Origin: Kofleriaceae bacterium
GTDB lineage: Bacteria; Myxococcota_A; Polyangia; Haliangiales; Haliangiaceae
Assembly: GCA_964203225.1 (NCBI GenBank)
Contig: CAXNMK010000002.1
Span: 609,664 to 673,663 of the forward strand
Direction: 5' to 3'
Length of the DNA: 64,000 nt
Under the pieces are notes generated by a model that did not search any database, was not told the DNA's origin, and saw only the letters and a program-made list of their open reading frames with translations. Below, in pieces: positions 1 through 7,983 of the stretch. The position numbers and the translations under genes were made by a program. The stretch's first letter is position 1. The number at the start of each line of letters is the position of its first letter.

Positions 1-941
1 GGCCGCCACTCGTCGACACGTTCTTCACGAACGTGTTCTCGTACAACGGCACGGCATGGACCGCGAACGCATCGACCGGCCATCCCTCGGTGCAGAGCGC
101 GACGATGGCGTACGACTGGGTCGCGAATGGGCTGGTCACGTTCGGCGGCGCGATGCCGGCCTCGCCGTTCACGAACTTCGACACGACGTGGGTGTGGAGC
201 CTGACCGGCGGCTGGCAACAGCGACCACCGGCGACGACGCCACCCGCGCGACGCGGCGCGCAGAGCGCCTACGATCCGGTACGCAAGCGCACCGTCATGT
301 TCAGCGGCAATCCCAGTGGCGGCGGCAGCATCGCGGACACCTGGGAGTGGGACAACACGAACTGGACGAACATCACGACGTCGACGGGCCCGAACGACCG
401 GATCGGCGGGCTCCTCTACTACAACTCCGACGCCGCGAAGGTATGCGCGTTCGGTGCGTCCGGCGGCCTCGCGAGTGAAGACCTGTGGGAATGGAATGGC
501 ATCGAGTGGACCGAGCGCATCGTGCTCGGAGCCATCCCCTCCAAGTACAAGACCGCCGCTGCGTACGACGCGGCGAACAAGGAGCTGCTGGCGTTCTCCG
601 GGCGAGACGCCGGCGGATCGGGCGGGCCGACCCAGGGCACGGTCATGCTCCAGTACCGCCCCAACGTGCCGGTCGAGACCTGCACGTCGGCCGATCTCGA
701 CTACGACAACGACGGCAAGCTCGGCTGTGCCGACGAGGAATGCTGGTCGGTGTGCAAGCCGCTGTGTCCGCCGGGCGTCACCTGCGCGCCGACCGCACCC
801 CGATGCGGCGACTCGACGTGCAACAGCCCCGTCGAGGACTGCAACATCTGTCCAGGTGATTGCGGCGCCTGCGCTGGCAAGTGCGGCGACTTCCATTGCG
901 ACACCGGCGAGACCGCCGCGCTGTGCCCCAACGACTGCTGA
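1..941 (+). CDS. Kelch/beta-propeller-like secreted protein with Cys-rich C-terminal module; 5' end lies outside the window
   Basis: The ORF is open to the window start and stops at 939-941. It has repeated W-x-W / GG / DxWEWD blades (TWVWSLTGGW, TWEWDNTNW, DLWEWNGIEW). The C-terminus carries about 20 Cys (CKPLCPPGVTCAPTAPRCGDSTCNSP...CPGDCGACAGKCGDFHCD), typical of myxobacterial Cys-rich repeats. Confidence 0.6.
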   Translation, partial: PPLVDTFFTNVFSYNGTAWTANASTGHPSVQSATMAYDWVANGLVTFGGAMPASPFTNFDTTWVWSLTGGWQQRPPATTPPARRGAQSAYDPVRKRTVMFSGNPSGGGSIADTWEWDNTNWTNITTSTGPNDRIGGLLYYNSDAAKVCAFGASGGLASEDLWEWNGIEWTERIVLGAIPSKYKTAAAYDAANKELLAFSGRDAGGSGGPTQGTVMLQYRPNVPVETCTSADLDYDNDGKLGCADEECWSVCKPLCPPGVTCAPTAPRCGDSTCNSPVEDCNICPGDCGACAGKCGDFHCDTGETAALCPNDC

Positions 942-1131
942 GGCAAGACCCGGGCCCTCCCAGGCTCCTGGACCTCGGTGTTGGGCACACCTCGCATGTC
1001 GTTGATCCACTTACATGGTCAAGCTCGACGAGCTGATCGTAGAATACACAATCGTGGCCGAACAAAAGTCTCCGCCAGATGAGGGCAACCCGGCAACCCA
1101 CCGGCGCACGGCTGCGGTCGCATCCGCCACG

Positions 1132-4038
1132 ATGGGGGCTCCACCCATTACCCGCTCGGTTCCACCGAGTGGTCCTCGGTCGCCGCCGCGACCCTCGTCG
1201 ACTTCGATCCTGGCGCCCGATCAGGTGTTCCCAAATCCCGCTGGCGGATCGGAGCGCAAGAAGGCCGACACCCAGGCACCACTGGAGTTTTCCGAGAACC
1301 AGCAGATCGGGCGGTTCGAGCTGATCCGCGAGATCGCACGCGGTGGTATGGGGCAGGTGTTCCTCGCTCGCGATACCAAGCTCGGTCGCAAGGTCGCGAT
1401 CAAGTTCCTGCTGCGCCCCGATCCGACCTTCGTCAGCCGGTTCGTCATCGAGGCTCGAGCGACAGCGCGCTGCACGCACGAGAACATTGTCACGATCTTC
1501 GAGGTCGACGAACACGATGGCCTGCCGTTCATGGTGCTCGAGTATCTCGAGGGCAAGACACTCAACGAGGCGTTCGAGACCAGGCCAGCGCCGCGCCAGT
1601 TCGCGGAGCTGATGGTGTCGGTCGCGCGCGCCCTCGAGCGTGCCCACGAGCACGGCATCGTCCACCGCGATCTCAAGCCGAGCAACATCTTCATCACCGA
1701 TCGTGGCGTGGTGAAGGTGCTCGATTTTGGAGTCGCGAAGTGTTTCGACAACCCGGTCGATGCGTTCGATCACGTGATCACCGCGACGGCATCCGGGAGC
1801 CGCGTGCCTCGCGCGCTGTCGGCGAGCTCCGACACGTTCGCTTCGGAGTACGTCACGTTCTCCGGTGGTGGCACGATGGTCGGCACGCAGCCGTACATGT
1901 CGCCCGAGCAGTGGGGCGCCGACGAGGTCGATCAGGCCTCGGATATCTGGGCGTTCGGCATCATGTTCTGGCGGGCGCTGGCCAAGAAGCATCCGGCCGG
2001 CTCGATGGCGCCCGACAAGTTACGCGCCAGGTTGTGCGATCTCGAGGCGCCGCTGCCGAGCATCCTCGCGGGCGATCCGACGCTGCCGAGCGACCTCGGC
2101 GCGATCGTCGACCGCTGCCTCTCGAAACGCAAGGCCGACCGCCCGACGGCGACCGACCTGGTCGCCGAGCTCCAGGCGTTCTTGCAACCGAAGGCGCGGA
2201 TCTCTGACGACGCCTGCCCGTACCGCGGGCTCGCCGCGTTTGGTGAGCGTGATGCAAAGTACTTCTTCGGCCGGTCGTCCGAGATCCGGACAGCGATCCA
2301 GCAGCTCGACGTCTGGCCCTTGCTCGCCGTGATCGGGCCGTCGGGTGTCGGCAAGTCGTCGTTCGTTCATGCCGGCCTCGCCCCCGCGATCCGCGACGCA
2401 GGCGGCAACTGGCAGATCCGGGTGCTCCGCCCCGGTCGCAACCCGCTCCAGAGCCTGGCCTCGGTCGTCGATGACGTCCTCGAGAGCAACGGGCAGGGTG
2501 TCGAGATGGTGGTCGCGCAACTGCGCGATGCGCCCGGGTTGTTCGGCGACATGCTGCGCAAGGCCGCCAAGCGTCGCAAGCACGAGGTGATGATCATCGT
2601 CGATCAGCTCGAGGAGCTGTTCACGCTGTCCGACGATGGCGAGGTGCGGGCGCTGTTCCTCGCGGCGCTGCTCGCGGCGGCGGACGATCCGAGCGCGCCG
2701 GTCCGGATCGTGCTGTCGATGCGCGCGGACTTCCTCGACCACCTCGCCGATCACAAGCAATTCATGGTGGAGCTCACGCGGGGGATGTTCTTCCTGTCGG
2801 CCCCCGGTCGTGACAACCTACGCGAGACCCTGGTGCGTCCCGCCGAGCTTGCCGGCTACGCGTTCGAGAACCAGGAGATCGTCGAGGACATGCTGCAGTC
2901 GGCGACCAGTCGAGGCGCGCTGCCGCTCCTCCAGTTCGCCGCGACCCAGCTGTGGGACGCGCGCGATCGCACGAGGAAGCGCCTGACCGCCGCCGCGTAC
3001 GCCGCGATGGGTGGCGTCGGCGGTGCGTTCGCGCGGCACGCCGATGAAGTCGCGGCGGCGGTCCCCAAGCACAGTCAGCTGCTGCTCAAGGCGATCATGA
3101 CCCGGCTGGTCACCCCCGAAGGTACGCGCGACGTCGTCGACCAGCGCGAGCTCGCCGGACTCACCGAGGACCAGAGCGAGGTCGCGCGGATCCTCGATCA
3201 GCTGGTTCGCGCGCGCCTGATCCACGTTCACAGCGACGACGTTCAGGGGGCGACCGTCGAGATCGTGCACGAGGTGTTGATCAGCGAGTGGCCGATGCTG
3301 GGCCGCTGGCTCGAGGAGGGTCACGCGTTGCGCGGGTTCATGCAGGAGCTCGGTCAGGCGGTGCGCCAGTGGGTCGCCCGCGGCAAGGCGAGCGATCTGG
3401 TGTGGCGCGGCGCGACCGCCCAGGAGGCGCTCGCCCTCACCAACCGCCACGTGCTCGATCTGTCCGCTGCGGAGCGCGAGTTCCTGCTCGAGGCCGAGCT
3501 CCACGCTGCGCGCGGCCGGCGCCGCAAGATGCTCGTGTTCGCGTCGATCTTTTCGGTGCTCGGGCTCGTGATCGCGGGGGGCGCGATCGCGGTCGTGCGG
3601 ATCTCGAACGCGCAGGAGGCGACCAACCAGCAGGCGATCGCCGCGCAGTCCGAAGCGAAGAAAGCCCGTTCTGCGGAGGCCGATGCGGCGCGCCAGCTCG
3701 ACGCCTTCAAGGCCGAGGAGCAACGCCGCGCGACCGCCGAGTTCGGGCGCAAGCAGGCGGAGGCCGCCGCCACGACCGCGAACCTCGCCGTCGATGCCTC
3801 GCGCGAGGAGCTGCAGCAGGCGAACCTCGATCTCCAGCGCACGCTCAAGGAGTCTCAGAATGACAAGGACCAGGCGCAGGCGCTCGCGGTCGCGGCCAAG
3901 GCGGCGGCCGAGATCGCGCGCAAGGCCACCGACGAGGCGAAGTCGGCGAACGCGAAGTTGCAGACCCTGCTCGCACAACAGAAGGATCGCGTGAAGCAAC
4001 TCGAGCTCGAGAAGAAGAAGATTGCGACCGGCCTGTGA
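1132..4038 (+). CDS. Ser/Thr protein kinase fused to nSTAND1-type P-loop NTPase, one TM helix and a C-terminal coiled coil
   Basis: Kinase motifs are present: [21 protein letters not shown] (1661-1690), DFGVAK and SPEQ. They are followed by the nSTAND1 hallmark CPYRGLAAFGERDAKYFFGR (2212-2275), Walker A GPSGVGKSS (2337-2363) and Walker B-like IIVDQLEELF. A TM helix (MLVFASIFSVLGLVIAGGAIAVV) and an A/E/K/Q-rich coiled coil run to the stop at 4038. The 5' end is uncertain. The ORF opens at 1015, but 1015-1110 is AT-rich with low GC3, so the ATG at 1132 is preferred. Confidence 0.85.
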   Translation: MGAPPITRSVPPSGPRSPPRPSSTSILAPDQVFPNPAGGSERKKADTQAPLEFSENQQIGRFELIREIARGGMGQVFLARDTKLGRKVAIKFLLRPDPTFVSRFVIEARATARCTHENIVTIFEVDEHDGLPFMVLEYLEGKTLNEAFETRPAPRQFAELMVSVARALERAHEHGIVHRDLKPSNIFITDRGVVKVLDFGVAKCFDNPVDAFDHVITATASGSRVPRALSASSDTFASEYVTFSGGGTMVGTQPYMSPEQWGADEVDQASDIWAFGIMFWRALAKKHPAGSMAPDKLRARLCDLEAPLPSILAGDPTLPSDLGAIVDRCLSKRKADRPTATDLVAELQAFLQPKARISDDACPYRGLAAFGERDAKYFFGRSSEIRTAIQQLDVWPLLAVIGPSGVGKSSFVHAGLAPAIRDAGGNWQIRVLRPGRNPLQSLASVVDDVLESNGQGVEMVVAQLRDAPGLFGDMLRKAAKRRKHEVMIIVDQLEELFTLSDDGEVRALFLAALLAAADDPSAPVRIVLSMRADFLDHLADHKQFMVELTRGMFFLSAPGRDNLRETLVRPAELAGYAFENQEIVEDMLQSATSRGALPLLQFAATQLWDARDRTRKRLTAAAYAAMGGVGGAFARHADEVAAAVPKHSQLLLKAIMTRLVTPEGTRDVVDQRELAGLTEDQSEVARILDQLVRARLIHVHSDDVQGATVEIVHEVLISEWPMLGRWLEEGHALRGFMQELGQAVRQWVARGKASDLVWRGATAQEALALTNRHVLDLSAAEREFLLEAELHAARGRRRKMLVFASIFSVLGLVIAGGAIAVVRISNAQEATNQQAIAAQSEAKKARSAEADAARQLDAFKAEEQRRATAEFGRKQAEAAATTANLAVDASREELQQANLDLQRTLKESQNDKDQAQALAVAAKAAAEIARKATDEAKSANAKLQTLLAQQKDRVKQLELEKKKIATGL

Positions 4039-5078
4039 GAAGCATCCTGATCATCGGCGTGCTGGTCGCGAGTGTGGGCGCCGCGAGGGCTGTCCCGGAT
4101 CAGCCCGCTTCCAAGAAGCCGGTCGAGCAGGTCGATCCCAAGCCGGTCGAACCGACGCCGGAACCGCCAGGCGACGCCGAGCACAAACCTTGGTACGACG
4201 GGGTTCCCGAGGCCACCCAGCAGCAGGCGCACGTCATCTTCGCCGACGGCAACACGCTGTTCTCTCAGCAGCAGCACGCCCCTGCGCTCGAGAAGTACCG
4301 CGTCGCGCTCGCGTTGTGGGAGCACCCGCTGATCCGCTTCAACCTGGCGGTGACCGAGATCCGGCTCGAGCGTGTCCTCGAGGCGGCTGACGATCTCGAG
4401 AAGGCGCTCCAGTTCGGAGCCGCGCCGTTCACGCCCGAGCTCTACCAGCAAGCACTCGACTATCAGTCCCTGCTCAAGGGCCGGGTCGGCTACATCGAGG
4501 CATCGTGTACCGCTCAGGCCAGCGTGCAACTCGACGGCAAGCAGTGGTTCAGCTGTCCCGGCACCAAACGCGTACGCGTGATCGCGGGCGAGCACACGCT
4601 CGTCAGCGAGCGACCGGGCTACCTGACCAACTCGCGGCGGGTGGTCGTCCCGGGTGGCAAGACCATCACCGAAAAGCTCGTGGTCGTGTCGATCGAGTCG
4701 GCGGTTGTCCTGGAATACCCCTATCGTCAATGGATCCCTTGGACGATCACCGCGACCGGCGCCGCGATCGCCCTCGGCGGTGCGGGGTCGTGGTTCGCGG
4801 GCAGGAACCAGATGACCGAGTTCGATGCCAACTTCTCACGCGCCTGCACGGTGACCGGCTGCGAACCGGATCTCTCACAACATCCCGCCTTGCGTGATCA
4901 GCGCGACTCCGCGGCATTCAAGGGCACCGTCGGGATCTCGCTGATGGTCGCGGGAGGTGCCGTCGCGGTCGGCGGCCTCGTGATGGCGATCATCAACCGA
5001 CCGAAACGGATCATGCCGAACATCGAGGTCACGCCGACCGCCGACGGGATCAAGACGCAGGTAGGCTGGCAGTTCTGA
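4035..5078 (+). CDS. PEGA-domain / TPR-like membrane protein, translationally coupled to the kinase-NTPase
   Basis: A GTG start overlaps the upstream stop (GTGA). It has a signal peptide, a helical TPR-like region, a PEGA-like block (RVRVIAGEHTLVSERPGYLTNSRRVVVPGGKT) and two C-terminal TM helices. Confidence 0.7.
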   Translation: MRSILIIGVLVASVGAARAVPDQPASKKPVEQVDPKPVEPTPEPPGDAEHKPWYDGVPEATQQQAHVIFADGNTLFSQQQHAPALEKYRVALALWEHPLIRFNLAVTEIRLERVLEAADDLEKALQFGAAPFTPELYQQALDYQSLLKGRVGYIEASCTAQASVQLDGKQWFSCPGTKRVRVIAGEHTLVSERPGYLTNSRRVVVPGGKTITEKLVVVSIESAVVLEYPYRQWIPWTITATGAAIALGGAGSWFAGRNQMTEFDANFSRACTVTGCEPDLSQHPALRDQRDSAAFKGTVGISLMVAGGAVAVGGLVMAIINRPKRIMPNIEVTPTADGIKTQVGWQF

Positions 5079-6196
5079 TGAGTGTCTGGCGTGGGTTGGC
5101 CATGGCGTTTGGACTCGTGGGCCTGGTGGGCGGCTGCAAAGGTGACCCGGACCCGACGCCGCAGCCCAAGCCGCTTCCGGGTCATTCCATCGCAGCTGTC
5201 CGCGCGCCACGACCGAGACTGTCGCAACGCGTCTTGCCGCAGCTGCCAACTCTGCCGCTCGCGGATGATCCCCGGCGCGCCAACAAGATCGCCCTCGGTC
5301 ACGCGTTATTCTTCGACAAGCGGCTCTCGGCGAACAGCGATCGCGCGTGCTCGTCGTGTCACGAGGCCCCGCGCGGAGCGAAGGAGACCGCTGGCGGTCC
5401 CGATCCGATCGCGATCGGATCGGGTGACAAGCCGCTCTCGCGACACGCCCCCGCGTTGTGGAATATCGCGTATGGACAGGGCGCATTCTACTGGGACGGT
5501 CGGGCGACCACGCTCGAGGCGACCACGAAGGCCGAGTGGCGCGGTCCTGCCATGGGCATCGGTGACAGGCTCGACACGAAGGCGGCCGCACTCGCCGCGA
5601 TTCCGGGCTACAGGAAGTTATTCGCCGCCGCGTTTCCCGGCGCGCCGATCACGGCGGAACAGGTCACGCAGGCGCTGGCCGAGTACGAGCGGACCCTGCT
5701 CTGCACCACCACGCCATACGACCGCTTCGCCGCTGGCGACAAGGCCGCGCTCACCGATCAGCAGCAGCGCGGCCTCGACCTGTTCCTCGACAAGGGCCAG
5801 TGCCTGAGCTGTCACGCCCCACCCTACTTCTCGACCGCGATGGGCCTCGATCCGGCCAGCAACACCGTCGGCTACCAGAACGTCGGGATCGGGACCGACC
5901 GCGCCGACGACAAGGTCGACCTCGGCCGCATGGCCGTGACCGGTGCCGCGATCGACTGGGCCGCGTTCAAGCCGCCGAGCCTGCGCAACGTGACGAAGAC
6001 CGCGCCGTATTTTCACGACGGTTCCGGCGCGACGCTCGATGCGGTCGTGCGGACCATGACGACCGGTGGGATCGCCAACAAGAACCTGAACCCGGCGATG
6101 ACCGACCGCGGCTTCACGGATGCCGAGCGCGCCGATCTGATCGCATTCCTCGGTGGCCTCGAGTGCCCCGACGCGGTCGTCGCAACGCTGCCGTAG
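5078..6196 (+). CDS. di-heme cytochrome c peroxidase (CCP/MauG family) lipoprotein
   Basis: The ATG overlaps the previous stop (TGATGA). It has a lipobox (LVGLVGGC), two CxxCH heme motifs (CSSCH at 5349, CLSCH at 5803) and the C-terminal LIAFLGGL signature. Confidence 0.85.
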   Translation: MSVWRGLAMAFGLVGLVGGCKGDPDPTPQPKPLPGHSIAAVRAPRPRLSQRVLPQLPTLPLADDPRRANKIALGHALFFDKRLSANSDRACSSCHEAPRGAKETAGGPDPIAIGSGDKPLSRHAPALWNIAYGQGAFYWDGRATTLEATTKAEWRGPAMGIGDRLDTKAAALAAIPGYRKLFAAAFPGAPITAEQVTQALAEYERTLLCTTTPYDRFAAGDKAALTDQQQRGLDLFLDKGQCLSCHAPPYFSTAMGLDPASNTVGYQNVGIGTDRADDKVDLGRMAVTGAAIDWAAFKPPSLRNVTKTAPYFHDGSGATLDAVVRTMTTGGIANKNLNPAMTDRGFTDAERADLIAFLGGLECPDAVVATLP

Positions 6197-6717
6197 CGCC
6201 TGGCTCTACCTTCGCAAGGTGGCATCGGCACGCTCTCCGCGCTACCGGTGGCAAGCGTCGCCGCGTCAACGGGATGCGGATCATTCGCCGCGGGCTCGAC
6301 GACCTGGACCGTCACGGGCTCGACGACCCGGACGGTCGCGGGCTCGATGACCAGCAGCGGCAGTTGGCCGTCGCCTGGCGGTGACGCGATGGCCACCGGT
6401 GGGCCGGCCAGTGGCGCGGTGTCGCGAGCTTGCGCGGACTGCCACGCGACGAATTATCGCCGCACGGGCGTGTAGCTGGCTCCATCACCCTGTCGACATC
6501 CGCCAGCGCTCCGAATTTCCCAACTTGTCCGATCTTCTATCGAACTGCGCAACCCCTCGTTATCAGATCAGTTCAGGAGCGCCGTCATGAACCCTGGGTG
6601 CTCGCGACGGAGGCCGCTCCGGGCGTTCGTCGCGCGCCGTACCGCCGTGCACCCGGGGCGCTCGCGAGTACGCCCCGGCGAGGAGGCGTCCAGCGGACGT
6701 GCGCCTCGGTCGCGACG

Positions 6718-7983
6718 CTAGCGCATGAACCGCAGGCCGACGCCGAGCACGAGCGCGCGGCCGCCGTACGACGCCGCCATGGTGTCAGGGCTGCTGTCGG
6801 GACTGGTGGTCTCGCGGCGCAGGATCCACAGGTGCTCGGCGAACGCGTCCGCGCTCCACGCGGGCGACACCGCGTAGCTCGCGCCTGCGGTCAACCCGAG
6901 GCGGTGGCCGTCGGGCGTGGTCGGCGACAGCCGGGAGGTGGGCACCGGCGACGGATCGACGTAGCCGCCGCCGCGGATCACGAGCCGGCGGTGCATCCAC
7001 TCGACGCCGGCGCGCACGCCCGTGGTGTTGCCCCAGTCGTTGCGCTGGACGGCGGTGTCGGTCGCGGCGCTCGCGAACGTGATGGTGGTGGCGCGGTTGA
7101 CGCTCCACCGCGTGTGCTCGACGTCGACGAGCGCGGTCATCGCGCTGCGCCGGTAGCGCGCGCCGAGCACGATCACGTCCGGCATGGTCATCGTGGTGCG
7201 CGCGGTCTGATCGGGCGCCTTGCCGGCGAACGCATCGGGCGTGGTGAAGTTCGCGTTGCCGTCGAGGTCCAGGTGGGTGCGGCCGCGGTAGGTCAGGGCG
7301 AGCGCGAGGTCGGCGCGCGGGACGTAATACGCGGAGGCGTCGAGGCCAACGCCGGTGCCATCGAGATCGAGGCGGACGTCGCCCTCGGCGTCGATGAAGT
7401 CGAGGTTGCGCGCGACCTGGAGCCGGGCGACGTCGAGGTGCACGCCCACCGCGAGCCGCAGCCGGCCGAGCCTGCGCGCGACGAACGGCGCCGCGCGCAG
7501 CACGCGCAGGTCGGACGCGACTGCCTCGGTGGCGCCCGGCCAGGTCGCCGGCCACGCCACGCCTCCACCGAACGGGACGCCCACGCTGATGCCCCCCGCC
7601 CACGCACCCTGGGCGAGGCTGGCGTCGAGGTGCGGTGGCGTCGACCACCGGCCCTCGCTGTCCGTGGTCCACGCGCCATCCGCGGCGCGCGCGGTGATCT
7701 GCGGTCGCGCGAGCACCAGCGACAGGCCGAGCCGCAGGCCGCCATCGTCGGCGAGCGCGGCCGGGGCGTGCCAGGCGGCGCCCGGATCGTCGTCGCGCCC
7801 GGCGCCCGCGCCGCCGGTGCCCGCGGACACCGCGGTCTGCTGGCCCACGGCGGTCCCGCCGGCGTGCGCGGTGCCGGTGAGGCCGAGCACGAGGGCGAGC
7901 GCACCCACGGCCGCACGACCCGGAACCCGGCCGTCCCGCGGGGGCCACCCGGCGGGCGCCGCGCCTGCATCGAGCGCGCTCAC
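6718..7983 (-). CDS. FadL/OmpP1-like outer-membrane transporter for hydrophobic compounds
   Basis: The GTG start at 7983 overlaps the stop of the upstream lipase (GTGA). It has a signal peptide (AAVGALALVLGLTGTAHA), amphipathic beta-strand periodicity and a C-terminal ...GVGLRFMR. The long Arg-rich extension of the 6718..9975 ORF was rejected. Confidence 0.65.
   Translation of the reverse strand: MSALDAGAAPAGWPPRDGRVPGRAAVGALALVLGLTGTAHAGGTAVGQQTAVSAGTGGAGAGRDDDPGAAWHAPAALADDGGLRLGLSLVLARPQITARAADGAWTTDSEGRWSTPPHLDASLAQGAWAGGISVGVPFGGGVAWPATWPGATEAVASDLRVLRAAPFVARRLGRLRLAVGVHLDVARLQVARNLDFIDAEGDVRLDLDGTGVGLDASAYYVPRADLALALTYRGRTHLDLDGNANFTTPDAFAGKAPDQTARTTMTMPDVIVLGARYRRSAMTALVDVEHTRWSVNRATTITFASAATDTAVQRNDWGNTTGVRAGVEWMHRRLVIRGGGYVDPSPVPTSRLSPTTPDGHRLGLTAGASYAVSPAWSADAFAEHLWILRRETTSPDSSPDTMAASYGGRALVLGVGLRFMR

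Noticed and set aside
6587-6721. 44-codon ORF with an AGGAG Shine-Dalgarno 7 nt upstream
   Set aside because: The product is a 25% Arg peptide. It overlaps the FadL-like gene end and lies in a convergent terminator region. The SD-like match is probably fortuitous.
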